64,000 nt of DNA from Nematostella vectensis (taxonomy: Eukaryota): contig NC_064039.1 in the NCBI RefSeq assembly GCF_932526225.1, positions 6,257,459-6,321,458 on the forward strand, written 5' to 3'. The translations under genes and the position numbers were made by a program. The notes under the pieces were generated by a model that worked only from the letters and a program-made list of their open reading frames with translations, was not told the DNA's origin and did no database searches. Positions 13,015 to 25,800 of the stretch are shown here, one piece after another (the stretch's first letter is position 1; each line of letters begins with the position of its first letter).

Positions 13015-13365
13015 AAACAAAATGCGGTGGAAACCTGACATCAATGTCAGGCGTCATCACATCCCCAAACTACCCCGACGCCTACCCTCGCTTCCTGGAA
13101 TGTACCTGGACAATCCATCCGCGAAGAGGGCGCAACATCTTGCTTCTTATTCCAAGTATCTCGCTTCCGACCACGCCCGACTGCTCGGACTATCTGACGA
13201 TGCGGGAGAGTTCGAGTCCTTACTCTGTGTTTACATATTACGCGTGTGAGTCCTTCGATCAGCCCGTGGCGTTAGTGTCACGCTCCAAGAACCTCCATAT
13301 CAAGTTTAAGTCGAGCCAGAACAGCATGGCGGAGGGATTCAAAATATTTTATGTCACATTTGAAG
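13015..13365 (+). CDS. duplicate copy of the CUB exon
   Basis: identical protein apart from 1 substitution; donor GAAG|GTAGGT conserved. Confidence 0.35.
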
Positions 13366-13432
13366 GTAGGTGGGGTAGGCACGTTTGGGTTCTTTGATTA
13401 AAAACAACAGCATTTTTACCTGTGTTTTTTAG

Positions 13433-13512
13433 AGCGTTTCAGGAACATTGTGAAACACATCGTTGAAGACGGGGAGTTGTATGCAAATGAAACAAACAGA
13501 CGACTGCTTCAG
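13433..13512 (+). CDS. duplicate copy of the short exon
   Basis: identical to 9007..9086. Confidence 0.3.
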
Positions 13513-14085
13513 GTGGGAACAACAATATCAAATTGTTTGACTAGACAGGTCCCTGGACATTGAAAGTTTCTTGTCGGCTGTAAAAGTCCAGCATTTCTCA
13601 AATCTTTTAAATTTTGTTATCTCAGGTACGGAGTGTAATCCCTCAATTTGTTCAAGCATTCACCATTTCTCAAGCCCTTATAATTTTGTCAATCTCAGGG
13701 ACGGATCCAGGGTTGAACCCGTTTTATATGAAAAATTTCAGGTTACACTTTATCCTCGACCTCCTTTAATCGTTCAATTGTTTGCAAGTCTTTGTTATAG
13801 TCACCTCCCCCTCAGGTTGTCAAGATCAGCCTTACTGTATAAAGGCCTCCCCATACAACAATGCTGAGTGTTATGGGACTCCAGGCACGAGGCAAAGAGC
13901 GGGGCTCTGGGCCCGTATCCCCTCCCAATATTTTCAGAATTGTAAGGAATGGACCAGTAAGGGCGTGGCTGTGCCCTCCAATATTTTCTTAATGTTTTTG
14001 TATCGTGCCCCCAATATTTAGAGGCCTGCTACAGGTCTACACTGCCATGATGGTAACTCGATCAATTTTAATTCTCTTTTGACAG

Positions 14086-14283
14086 GATGAGACTCTTGTG
14101 CGCCAAATTCTGGACGTGATAGTAGACCCATCGAGCTTTGAATATTCAGTCAGCTCCAATCGCTTACACAGCAAGATTCCAAGTGGATTGCTAAAGTTCA
14201 TTGAAAATAAAGTGTACGACTTTTTCTCGAACGTCAGTCCTTACAGGAAAAAGCGAGCAACACAGAGATCAACTTTCGTCTGA
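14086..14283 (+). CDS. duplicate copy of the terminal exon with stop
   Basis: ORF 14098..14283 is near-identical to 9672..9857. Confidence 0.35.
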   Translation, partial: DETLVRQILDVIVDPSSFEYSVSSNRLHSKIPSGLLKFIENKVYDFFSNVSPYRKKRATQRSTFV

Positions 14284-15904
14284 TTCGTTACCTGTTTGTA
14301 GTGTTCAATTACAAGTAGTTGGCTCTGTCCTCAGTTAGGAGCTTAATAGGACAAGTGATCATAGGAAACGATCAATAACCGACGGGCATTATAAGGGTAT
14401 TGGAAGCAGAAAGACAGATCTAGGAACTGGAATGTGTTTCCAAATGACTTTAGTGGCCTTTAAGCCTTGGCACACTGTAAGCAGACAGATGGGTATTATG
14501 ATACTTCCTAGAATAAGTTATAGGGGTCAGAGATGACAAGAGAATAATAAGAGTAGAGAGAATACAGAATGGAGCTCTTCCTACAGCTTATGAAAAGCCA
14601 ATTTTGAAGTTGAGTATACTAGAATTATGTGAATTTTACAAAGGGACTCAGTTTAGCTCGATAGTGCTAGACAGTGATTAGTTTGTATGGATTTTATTGT
14701 TTTAATACTGACAGATATAGAATGGATTCAACTGAGATAAAGCCAGAAGTTGATACTAAATGAAAGACATTTCCCTAAGTAAAACCACACAAAGGACACA
14801 TTTTCTTTTTTAAGAGTAGTAGACCTAGGCAAGACCCTCTGGGTCAACCAGTAACCATGGCTAAGATATCAGATACCACAAAGGCCTGTCATGTTAATTT
14901 TACTAAATTAAAATAAATAGATAAATACTGTTAAGGATTAAACTGCAAGTTTATCACCCCCCTCCCCCCCAAAAAACATTGTATTTTTGTAGAAACATTG
15001 GTTGATATACTTTATCTATGGGTCTGATTCTGAGAGGCTGGGTTGGGTTCTAATTAGGACACAAGCACAATGCAAACATTTGTTTCCATTTTGAAATGGG
15101 AATGTAAGTGAACACAATCTGGTTGATGTCATTGCATTTTGTGCTTAACTGTATCATTAAGTGAGACAAGATTTCTTTTACATTTATCTAGTACATATTA
15201 AGCATTTTTACAGTTTTTATGAGACCATATAAGGTTTATTACAAAGTAGACCTTTTACAATTTATCAGACTTGAGCTTGTACATAAAATAAAGTTAAACA
15301 AATACAAGAAAAAGCTTGCAAAAAAAAAAACAATGACTTCATTTATTGGGCACAACTTCTTAATGTACTTCCCGATGTACAAACACTCAGGACATTCAAA
15401 CAATTAAATGTTTTTTTTATATGGTACATAACAGAAATGATATTTTTTCTTAAAGGAAAACAAGTAAAACATCTGCATATAATTCTAAGTAAAGTGTTTC
15501 AGAGAAGCATATAAATAATAAAACATGAGACTTGGTAAGAACAAATAATTACATATTTCACTTAAATCAAGAAATTTTTAAATTCCAAAACACACAACTT
15601 TCAAAATTCTCTAGGTAATTTCATTGCAAAAGTGATTTTATTTCTCAGCAAAGTGTGTCATCTGTGTACACCCTGTACCATGCAGACTAAAGCAAAGAAG
15701 GGTAGGATATACATACATGGAGGCCTTATGTATGATGTGAAATGAATAAAATTTAAGCTTTTTTTAGAGCTTTGAGATTTAGAATTTTATTTTGTTTGCT
15801 GTTTTGAAGCAATCACAGTGCTCTCTTACTGGTTAGCATTGGTTGAAATTGTGTAAAAAAAATAAGAATTTTGAGGTGAGAGCATATTGCACCATTGCAT
15901 CTTC

Positions 15905-16299
15905 TCACAATAGAGCATCTCTGCCTTCTCTTTGCTTAGACAGTTCCTTCTTCACAAGCTTTTCAAGTTCAAATAGATGATTGTCACACTGATGATCATG
16001 TTCTGTAATTTTTTCAATTACTGCAGCAAGGTTTAAGAGGTACTCAGAGTTTTTGCCACTTGTACCTTTAGAGTGAGCTATTTGATAAGCTATCTCAGGC
16101 AAGGGTGCTGGACCAAGATAAAACTCATTTTCTTGAGTAGCAACATAAAGCATCACCTGAAATTGCTCTTCTAAATTACCACTTGGATGGAACGTTGTAA
16201 AACCAGCAGTGTATCCATCCTTTTCTCTGATATCAAGGTACCTCAGAACACTTGGTACATCTTGAGCATCAACTTGATAGGAAATACCCCAAACTGTGC
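15905..16299 (-). CDS. CHAC: ChaC-family gamma-glutamylcyclotransferase, last exon (STVWGISYQVDAQD…YLGPAPLPEIAYQI…HLFELEKLVKKEL…*)
   Basis: strong similarity to ChaC C-terminal half (YLGPAPL, EHLF.LEKLV motifs); TTTACATTTAG acceptor on minus strand. Confidence 0.75.
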
Positions 16300-16760
16300 T
16301 CTAAATGTAAAACAGAGTTATGTTTCCTTTTCCATGGTGTGTCACTGGGGCATAATTTGAAAAAGTTGACAAACCACATCAGGTACCACATATCAGGTAC
16401 CACTCAACCAATGCCTTCCGTTCACTAAATGGCCCCCATCTCTCCCCTTTACTGATATCCATAGAATCATAGAGCATTGGCATCGATTCTGTCTGTCCCC
16501 TTCCTACCCTTTCAACAACGACAGATAAGCACCCCAACCTCGATGAGCCACTGGGCTTTTCAATGAACAAAAAGTACCCCAACCTCGATGAACCACGGGG
16601 CTTTTCAATCATTTTCAGTAGTGGATTTGTTGTTGAGCTGTTGTCATTGGGACTATTTGGTGGACTTGTAAGGTTTAGGGTGTAACCTAAACTTGAAGCC
16701 TAAGCAGTTTATATGTTATATTAACTTAAGTAACGTAATAAATTTGCTGTGTAACACTAC

Positions 16761-16796
16761 CTTGGAATCTGGCAGTAGCGTTGCCACTCTCCCTGG
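16761..16796 (-). CDS. CHAC: ChaC micro-exon 2, PGRVATLLPDSK
   Basis: matches the conserved ChaC PGRVVTLVEDPE segment; flanked by CCAG acceptor and AAG|GTAGTG donor; restores frame between exon 1 and last exon. Confidence 0.55.
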
Positions 16797-16878
16797 CTGG
16801 AAAAAAATCACATTGGATATGAAATCTTCAAGTTATGGCAGTCGTTTAATAGAAAATCTGACGCTGAATACTTAGTAC

Positions 16879-17058
16879 CTTTCCTGGAACTCCACGGTGG
16901 TCACAGCTGCCTTGATAAAATTTTCGCACATATCCCTTGATGTAGCCGGCGACTTTCTTCTTGTAAGGAAAATCGACCTTCCAAACCAGAGAACCATAGC
17001 CGAAGATCCAAAGATCTTGGCCTTCTTCAAGAACAAAATTGTCGCCAGTCATATTCAA
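16879..17058 (-). CDS. CHAC: ChaC exon 1 ([32 protein letters not shown]…DHRGVPGK)
   Basis: ChaC N-terminal signature (W)IFGYGSL(I/V)WK..FPY and DHRG.P; donor AAG|GTACTA; ChaC2-like short N-terminus. Confidence 0.8.
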
Positions 17059-17230
17059 TTAGTTGTTAATGGCTTGAAATAATGCGTATACTTATCCATA
17101 GGGCTAAGTACCTGTAATAAATCAAAACAACAATAAATAAAAAACGCCATAACCACCGTTTTGGACCGAGAAAGACTGGGTCTATTATAAGCCGCTGGCT
17201 TAGAATTCGTAGGCTCGCATTTCGTTCCAC
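17059..17230. promoter_or_regulatory. 172-bp head-to-head intergenic region, presumptive bidirectional promoter of ChaC (-) and UMPS (+)
   Basis: divergent start codons 17058 and 17231. Confidence 0.4.
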
Positions 17231-18664
17231 ATGTTCAAAATGGCGGGAGAAAACGATGAAGCTCTGATCGCACAACTGTTCGAAATTAACGCCTTCAAGT
17301 TTGGCAAATTTACGCTTAAAAGCGGCATAGACTCCCCAGTGTATATCGACCTTCGTGTCATCGTCTCGTACCCTGATGTCCTTCAGAGCGTTAGTAAGCT
17401 GATGTGGAATGTTGTCTCGGATGCCGGTTTAAAGTTCGACGTGATTTGCGGTGTCCCTTACACCGCACTGCCTATCGCTTCATGCATGTCCGTCAATAAT
17501 AATGCGCCCATGGTGATGAGACGAAAGGAGGCCAAAAGCTATGGAACGAAGAAGCTCATCGAAGGGCATTTTGAAGAAGGGTCAACTTGTCTAGTGATTG
17601 AGGATATCGTTACTAGTGGGTCTAGCGTACTGGAGACTGTTGAGTCGCTGACTTCTGTAAAGTTACAAGTCACTGACACTGTGGTTTTACTTGATCGTTG
17701 CCAGGGAGGGAAGGATAAGCTGGATTGTGCAGGAATTAGGCTACACTCTTTGTTTACCTTGCCTAGAGTGTTAAAAGTCCTACATGCACAAGGCAAAGTC
17801 GATGATGCAGTTGTGGAGAGTGTTAGGGAATTTCTTGAGGCTAACCAGTTTAAAGCTACGTCAGATGTAACTCCAGTGCCACCGAAAGGGAGAGATCTTA
17901 GTTTTCTTAAGCGACTTGAGATGAGTAGCAATCCTGTAGCCAAGAAAGTGTTTAAGATAATGCATTCCAAGGAAACAAATCTGGCAGTGTCTGTTGATCT
18001 CACTAAAAGTGGCAACATTCTAAACCTTGTCAATCAAGTTGGCCCTCATGTTTGCATAGTCAAGACGCATGTAGACATCATTGAAGATTTCACTCCTGGT
18101 TTTGTGGCTTCATTGCAAAATCTAGCTACCAAGCACAACTTTTTGATATTTGAGGACAGAAAGTTTGCAGACATTGGTAACACAGTGAAACATCAGTACA
18201 GCAAAGGTATATACCACATTTCTGACTGGGCTCATATCACCAATGCCCACCCTGTTCCTGGAGAAGGAGTCATAACTGGACTTAAAGAAATAGGGGCACC
18301 CAAAGGGAACGGGTGTCTGATTATAGCAGAGATGAGTGCAAAGGGAAATTTTGCTAATGGCGAATACACAAAAGCAGCGATTGAGATGGCAAAAAATCAC
18401 CAAGATTTTGTATTTGGGTTCATCAGTATTGGAAGTATCGTAGATGACCCTGGCTTCGTCCACATGACACCTGGGGTCAAGCTTATCAAGGGGGGTGATG
18501 CTTTAGGTCAGCAGTACTTGACACCAGAGGAGGTTGTCGGCAAGAAGGGGAGTGATGTCATAATTGTGGGGCGTGGGATATATGAAGCTGAAAATCCTGC
18601 TTCTGCTGCCATTGAGTATAAAGAAGCTGCCTACAAGGCCTACCTACAGAGAATTACCAAGTAA
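17231..18664 (+). CDS. UMPS: uridine monophosphate synthase (orotate phosphoribosyltransferase plus orotidine-5'-phosphate decarboxylase), intronless 477-aa ORF
   Basis: colinear similarity to metazoan UMPS through both domains (FKFG.F.LKSG…VCGVPYTALP…IEDVVTSGSSVLETV; KETNL..S.D…HV.I…F.LIFEDRKFADIGNTVK.QY…PGVQL…GDALGQQY…IIVGRGI). Confidence 0.95.
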   Translation: MFKMAGENDEALIAQLFEINAFKFGKFTLKSGIDSPVYIDLRVIVSYPDVLQSVSKLMWNVVSDAGLKFDVICGVPYTALPIASCMSVNNNAPMVMRRKEAKSYGTKKLIEGHFEEGSTCLVIEDIVTSGSSVLETVESLTSVKLQVTDTVVLLDRCQGGKDKLDCAGIRLHSLFTLPRVLKVLHAQGKVDDAVVESVREFLEANQFKATSDVTPVPPKGRDLSFLKRLEMSSNPVAKKVFKIMHSKETNLAVSVDLTKSGNILNLVNQVGPHVCIVKTHVDIIEDFTPGFVASLQNLATKHNFLIFEDRKFADIGNTVKHQYSKGIYHISDWAHITNAHPVPGEGVITGLKEIGAPKGNGCLIIAEMSAKGNFANGEYTKAAIEMAKNHQDFVFGFISIGSIVDDPGFVHMTPGVKLIKGGDALGQQYLTPEEVVGKKGSDVIIVGRGIYEAENPASAAIEYKEAAYKAYLQRITK

Positions 18665-20817
18665 GGACCTGTGCCTACATAGAGTATAGAAAAAATAAAA
18701 ACTCTAGCATGATATGCTATTATATCCATCCATAAAAGAAATACATTTTTGCATTTTAGAATTGCAATGTGAGTAGCTAAGAACATACACTGCCAGGTGA
18801 CAGTTGATAACTTGAATTTTTTATTCCTGTGTCAGCACTGGCTTAGGGAACCATGTTTCCATGTGCTGTTCAAGATGCAAATGAACATGAAACAATCAAC
18901 TTGGCTTAATTGCCTGTATTTGCATTTGGAAAGGGAGATGAAGGAACAGGGCCTGCTGTAAACCTTAGTCAAGTTGTGTAGATACTTTCAGTAATGTGAA
19001 ACAAAAAACAAACAAAAATGGTACAAAATAGACGTTAAGAAATATAAGTATATTGTTTTGTTGCTTTCTTGCATTCTCGCCCATTTTTATTATTATTTAT
19101 TATTATTATTTGCTGGTCATAAAGTTTGTCATATTTTGTAAGCACATGCTTGGGAAGAGGTGTGATTTTTTGTCTCACAGCTCAAAGTAATGATTCACAT
19201 ACAGTATGAAGGAAAGCACTAAGCTGCAATGGAATGTAAAAGTTATTCTTGGTTTTCTATTGGTAAATAGCTTGAAATCCTAAAGAATACAGTAGCAATA
19301 GGCATTTAGTTTAGACATTTGATTTCAGTAAATATTTAGAATAAAATATATGTGAGGAATGTTTGTTCTCTCTTACCCCTATCAGCTGAAAAATACAGTA
19401 AATAATTGTTTAGATGTTTCCCAGTAAAATAAATTTGCTTTCATCTAAGTTTTTCCCTATGTTTGAATGTACTGTAAGCATTTCACAAATACTATAACAA
19501 AAATATAATTGAAATCATAGGGATATGTTTGTTGATAAAGTCCTATTGTTGTTGCTTTTATTTTTAAAAGTGATGCTACAAAGAAAAAACTTATTGGCAG
19601 TGCAATTGGCTTCCTAGAATATCTAAGGTAATAGTATATGTCTTTTTCTGGGAATATTATTCATCTACAAATGGATAAATTTTGTAGCTCCAGTGTCTTT
19701 TGAACTGCAAATGTTTGCATTTATTATGTCACTGGTTTGTGGCTTTTGTATAATATAGTCACTGTTGAGTGCTGAGAAGGTTTTAGATTAAAAACAAGAA
19801 GAGAAGAAGAACTAGATAAAAAATTGTGGCTGTACTTTATTCGACAACTGTAAAATGTGTTATTTTAGTCCATAATATGTTCATAAACATTTATATTTTT
19901 TACAGCCATATACAGCAATCAATAGATTCTAGGGATTAGAGCAGACTATATGAAGTTAAGGCTAGATGGCACTTTCCATAGCACTTTGTAATTTGTAATC
20001 TGTTTGAATGGGTCCACCATTCAATAATGATATTCTCATCATCATCTCCTCCTCATACAAGAATAATATTGTATATTGATAATATAGGAATTTTATTGTC
20101 TTTTTTTTCTTTTTCTAATGTCTAAATATTTCTTCATGTTGTCATATTGTCACTCTTCCATCCCTTTCTTATTCTTCTGCTGAGCTTTTTTGTCTGCTTC
20201 ATGTGATCTGATAAAAATGAACAAAAACAGCATTAAATGTATACACATTTACAAGCCATCTTGAACCAAAGTATCTACCTAGGAGGGGGGGGGGGTTAGA
20301 AAATAATAACCTTTGTACTGTACTGTGTGTATCAAGTAAAATATGTAGAGACAAACCCATTTTTAACTGTTTTGTGTTGGGGAGGATGGAGGGTTTTAGA
20401 TAAAAAAGTACAGTACAAAGCTTTTTTTTATTGAAGAACCACAAAAACATCAACTTGCATAATTTCTGAATCTGCCAGCACCTCCCCACAATAAGCTCCC
20501 AGCAATGGCACTGTTTCAGTATTGTTTTTGGAGGTACTGTACTGCGAATGAATGAATTTAGAAAACTGTCCTTCTAGCAGCTGAAATGTTGAATTACAAA
20601 GTGCAGGTACAATGTGGTCAAGTCAAAGGCACAGGAAGGCAACACATAGCTGATATACATGTTTGACTATACTTAGATTGAAATCGTTGTTTCTTGTTTG
20701 GAAGGAGAACCCAGAGAACAAGGAGAAAAGCTATTGAAGCAAAGGCCTGGGAGAACCAAAAAAACTCAACTTACAAAATTGGAACCCAAGCTATTACTGC
20801 TATTACTGCTTCCACTA

Positions 20818-20978
20818 CCTTAGCATGATCTCTGTGCAGTGTGCAATTTTGTCCCAGTCATAGTTAGTCACTTTGCTCAGCTCGTTTGTCCAAGATGGGA
20901 TCAAGTTGAGGCAGATGCGTGATGCTGCTATACAAGACGATGTTATCAAGGATGGGGAAAATGAAAGGAATGTATGAT
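20818..20978 (-). CDS. CCNJ: cyclin J exon 3 (second cyclin fold: DHTFLSFSPSLITSSCIAASRICLNLIPSWTNELSKVTNYDWDKIAHCTEIML). Further 3' exons not resolved.
   Basis: matches CCNJ [30 protein letters not shown]…YSWD; TTTACAG acceptor; CTAAG|GTAGTG donor. Confidence 0.6.
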
Positions 20979-21401
20979 CTGTAAATAGAAAAAAAAACCT
21001 TTTAGAACAAAGCAAGTAATTTGGTATACATTAAAACTCAGTTGGCTAAGGAGAAACAATATTCAGTAGGAGTTAGTGTGGACTGCAAGAATTTTATAGG
21101 AGGGGTAATGCAAGCATTGAATCTCTTATTTTGAAGTGGAAGAGGGTGTTGTACCCTTGGCCCATCCTTGGTAGATCCACCTAAAACAATATCTAAGAAA
21201 TCATGTATTTCCAGCTTTTTAATGGATTTTAAAGAAATTTCCTGTATTCAATAAAAAAAATAAAATTTCTTTATAATAGATGTTAGAGGGTATAATAAGC
21301 CATTTTGAAGGTTGGTGTATTTTAAATAAAACCTCTCTAATAATAGTTGTAGAAAATTATTACAGTAAAGTTTGGAGTTTTGGCTGATGAAATGAACCCA
21401 C

Positions 21402-21680
21402 CTTGAAAGGATATTTCCAAAAAGTAGTAGACATATTTCCGTAGGTAGGTGCTTGTCTTTTTATAGTCTATTGTCATCTCAGACTCTTTGTAATCTATGG
21501 TTGCCTTAGCCAAGTAATATTCCAGAAATTGCACGGGGGTTGGTAGGTCTATATTCCAATTAAAGAATTCTAATAGGAGCAATTCCATTTGATGGTATTC
21601 AGCATGCTGGTAAGTGTTATTTACAAATTTGTTGAGAGTCGAGATGTCTGGTATCTGGTTCTCGTTTTCATCAAACTTTG
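21402..21680 (-). CDS. CCNJ: cyclin J exon 2 (KFDENEN…HQMELLLLEFFNWNIDLPTPVQFLEYYLAKA…YLRKYVYYFLEISFQ)
   Basis: MELLLLE(T/F)F.WN..LPT…F(I/L)EYYL and Y..YFLE.S.Q are CCNJ hallmarks. Confidence 0.65.
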
Positions 21681-22072
21681 CTGTGAAGAAAAGAAAATAT
21701 AAATTATATAGAATCGTCTTTTTTTTGTTAGTATTTGACGCAATAAAACCTTGACGTTATTGATGTATCCCTAAGCATTTGAGAGAATCGGATTCCATGG
21801 AAGTTTTTTTGTCTGCATCAGCAGCAAGATAACTTATTGAATAATTTTACATTGGTAACTTCTTGAATAATTTTACATTGGTTTGGTTCTGTTTGATCCT
21901 GCTCGCTAAGCTATTGAAGAATGCGCAAAAGTTCAATTCTACATAAATCTTTAATGATGTTTAAATAGTTAAAACAAAGAATTCATGTAGATGGATCTTT
22001 TTGTTATTCAATAAGTCAACAAATCTCTCGCGAGCGAAGTACTTTTTTAACTTATTTCACAACAAATCTCAC

Positions 22073-22346
22073 CTGCAAGCAACAAGGCAGTCAACGCCAA
22101 GAGGTGAAGCTGCGACTCTTGAATTATGAACTTATCCATAAAGAAATCCATATAGTAAATAGCCAGGTGAACTACACCATGAGATGAACCAAGTTTTTCT
22201 CCTATCACAGCCAACCAATCAACCAAATAACGACGAATCTTAAGCTGAGGCGAAGCCGCCATAAAATTCGGAATGCGAGCTTCTTTCTCTCTCAAAACCT
22301 CGTGGATATCTGAAGCTAGTGAAGATGACGAACATTCTTCTACCAT
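22073..22346 (-). CDS. CCNJ: cyclin J exon 1 (MVEECSSSSLASDIHEVLREKEARIPNFMAASPQLKIRRYLVDWLAVIGEKLGSSHGVVHLAIYYMDFFMDKFIIQESQLHLLALTALLLA)
   Basis: near-colinear with human CCNJ N-terminal cyclin box (LAADIHQALR.KE…QSPQLSLRRYFADLIAIV…HLAVYLLDLFMDRY…QQLHLVALSCLLLA); donor GCAG|GTGAGA. Confidence 0.8.
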
Positions 22347-22822
22347 TATAGACGCCTAGTATCATCCAAAGGGTAAGTTTAGCCGTATAGTATTCAAACC
22401 AATCCGGCAAACAAATCTAGAGAGACAGAAAACTAGCTCACCACGCGGGAGCCAAATATTCTGTTGCGTCTTCGCGTTGCCGACTTTTTTTTCATTTCGC
22501 ATTTCGCGGGAAATTTGTAGGCGTCCAAATAAGGGCTTTACTGCCTTATATGGTAAAGTTAGCTACTTAGCTTTCCTACCGAATTTGTATCAATTTTTTA
22601 TTTGAAAATAGCCATTCTAGGCATACTATTCCACAAAAAATAGGTAAGTTGGTAAGTATCACAAATACCTTTTCGTTTGAGAAATTGCGATTCTTATGTT
22701 TTTGCGACCCTGTGTTTTCCCATAACACCCCGCGGGCCTCAAGGCTTCTTGTTTTGCTTGGCTTGCAGGAAGTTTGGGAAGTTTTCAGTTCTTCGTCGTT
22801 CTTATTCGCCATTTTTACAAAC

Positions 22823-22876
22823 ATGAGTAATGTTGTGCGAATACAGCCGTTGCAGTACGTCCACGTACAGGATCTG
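22823..22876 (+). CDS. MVP: MVP exon 1 (start codon)
   Basis: ATG…GATCTG|GTATGC. Confidence 0.8.
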
Positions 22877-25800
22877 GTATGCAAACGGCCTCAACACCAA
22901 AAGATTCTTTCCTTCACTGTAGTTATTTTATCATAGTCCTTCAGCCGTATTAATTTTCCGGTTTGCTTTCGATAAAAAAAAGCTTCTTATTTCTTATACT
23001 TAATTATATTGTAAACAAAGTACACCACCCCCATTACAAAAGCGTTCTTTAGCGATAATTGCAAGTCATTTTGTATTTAAATTTAAAGCTGGTCTATCCA
23101 GAGACACACAAAACTGCATTTTTTTGTATTGCATTTAAGCTCATTTTCTTCTCTCATCAAATAAACGATAATATGTTCTTATTGCAAACAAATATTAACC
23201 ACTGCTTTGTATCTTGGTAGATTTTTAAGTGAGAAAATATTTAACTTAAAAAAAATAATTCTTGACACTTTTGTATTCTTAACTGTAGAATACCAACATC
23301 ACCGTGCTGGAGGTTGGCCCAAAATGCATGATACTACAGGATAATTATGTATTGGTGAAAGGTCCTTTGCCGTTCATCGTGGTACCCCCTGGGCATTACT
23401 GCGTTATTGAAAACCCTGCCACGTGAGTATCTGCATGCACTGTCCCCAAATCTGGACACTCCCCCACCCATAGGCCCAAGTTTATGGACCTAGAAATGGA
23501 CCACAGTCTATAAAACCAGACAAGGACTTCCCAGTCTGAGTGGGGATAAATACTAGATATAATAGTTTCACATTTTGGGAATGTATGGATACCACTTGAA
23601 TGTTGAGGTAATTTTGGTCACATATGGAGCCATAAAGATGTCCATGTTGTCCATTGGTTTAGGGAAATTTAATTAACCAAGATTTCATTTTGATAGTAAA
23701 AAAACTAAAAAAATATGCACCAGAGAATGCTGCTACATATAAGGCCCTTGCTCATTTTGGAAAAAAATATCCAAATTTGTTTCAAATGGTCAGAAATGTA
23801 CTAAAATAAACACATTATAAAAAAAATTGATTTATCTAAGAAAAGAAGACCTTATTGTGCATGCTTTTGATTTTAGTGATACCCATGAACCAGGCAAGCT
23901 GAGCAATCTACGCCATGGTTATAGAGAAATGAGGTTCCATAAGGTAAGATATTAAATTGTGTTGATTTTTGCTCAAAGAATTATTCATAAATTTTGAAAA
24001 TTGGGATTTTTCATTAAAGGAGCCCTTTCCACTTTATCCTGGAGAGATTCTTGTTGGAGTGACTGATGAAAAAGGTTAGTTGTTCTTCTGTCAGTTTTTG
24101 ACAAATATTGTGTAATGGAAATTGTCATGAAGTATAGGAAGGCAGCTAGGCAGAATTAGGTGAGGAAGGTGTACAGTCCTATGTACCATATGGAAAAAGG
24201 ATAGTATTTGTGGATCATTCAATAACAAATTACCCACTTTTTGTGGAAAACACACAAACTATAAGCACCCCCCCCCCCATGTACACACCTAATCAGGGAC
24301 TTGTATGGTACACAGCAGCAATGTTAGTGTGGACTATGCTTGTTTTTGTTTTGCAAATGTTAGAATATATCTTTGAATGTATGATAGCAATCATGGATAA
24401 AAAAGCATCAAAAATGAAAAAAAGTAAAACAGGTGTAGCAAGGATTGATCTTAACTGTTCTATTTCTGCAATTAAAACATCCCTGTTTTCTATTTCTCAA
24501 GACTATTATAAAGCCATCAAGAAAGTTCCTGTCATAGCACCAGACCAAGGACTAAGGCTATGTGCCACTGTGGATCACATAGATGGGGAGGTGCAGCGAG
24601 TAGCAGGAGAAATGTGGCAACTTGAAGGCCCACTCACCTACCATCCAACTCCATATGCAGTGAGTATCCCTTACCTACCATCAAACCTATATGATGCAGT
24701 GAGTATCCCTTACTTACCATCCAACTCCATGATGCAGTGAGTATCTCTTACCTATCAGCCAACTCCATGATGCAGTGAGTATCTCTTACCTATCATCCAA
24801 CTCCATATGCAGTGAGTATCCCTTACCTATCAGCCAACTCCATATGCAGTGAGTATCCCTTACCTACCATCCAACTCCATATGCAGTGAGTATCCCTTAC
24901 CTATCAGCCAACTCCATGATGCAGTGAATATCCCTTACCTATCAGCCAACTCCATATGCAGTGAGTATCCCTTACCTATCAGCCAACTTCATATACAGTG
25001 AGTATCCCTTACCTATCAGCCAACTCCATATGGAGTGAGTACCCCTTACCTACCATCCAACTCCATGATGCAGTGAGTATCCCTTACCTACCATCAAACC
25101 TATATGATGCAGTGAGTATCCCTTACCTATCAGCCAACTCCATATGGAGTGAGTATCCCTTACCTACCATCCAACTCTATATGCAGTGAGTATCCCTTAC
25201 CTACCATCAAACCTATATGATGCAGTGAGTATCCCTTACCTATCAGCCAACTCCATATGGAGTGAGTATCCCTTACCTATCAGCCAACTCCATATGCAGT
25301 GAGTATCCCTTACCTATCAGCCAACTCCATGATGCAGTGAGTATCCCTTACCTATCATCCAACTCCATATGCAGTGAGTATCCCTTACCTAACAGCCAAC
25401 TCCATATGGAGTGAGTATCCCTTACCTACCATCCAACTCCATGATGCAGTGAGTATCCCTTACCTATCAGCCAACTCCATGATGCAGTGAGTATCCCTTA
25501 CCTATCAGCCAACCTCATATGCAGTGAGTAGCCCTTACCTATCAGCCAACTCCATATGCAGTGAGTATCCCTCACTTACCACCCAATTCCATATGCACAA
25601 AAGGAAAAGGTTAGGCTGTTTAGGGGTTGTTTTGTATTTAAAAGGTATTCAGGTATTTTGTTTCTTCTACTTTGTTGACAGGAAGTGACATCAACCATCA
25701 AAGCCAGCATTATCCACCCTGGGGAGGCAATAAGGCTCAAAGCAAAGCAAGATCTAATAGACAAACATGGAAAGTAAGAAGTCTAAAATAAGATATAATT

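Larger units (their letters stand above)
11941..15362. repeat. copy 2 of the tandem segmental duplication
   Basis: see copy 1; retains only the last ~2 units of the 7262..7560 minisatellite at its 5' edge. Confidence 0.85.

Noticed and set aside
20199-20489. 96-aa minus-strand ORF downstream of CCNJ
   Set aside because: AT-rich, low-complexity, no similarity or splice context; probably UTR or intergenic.
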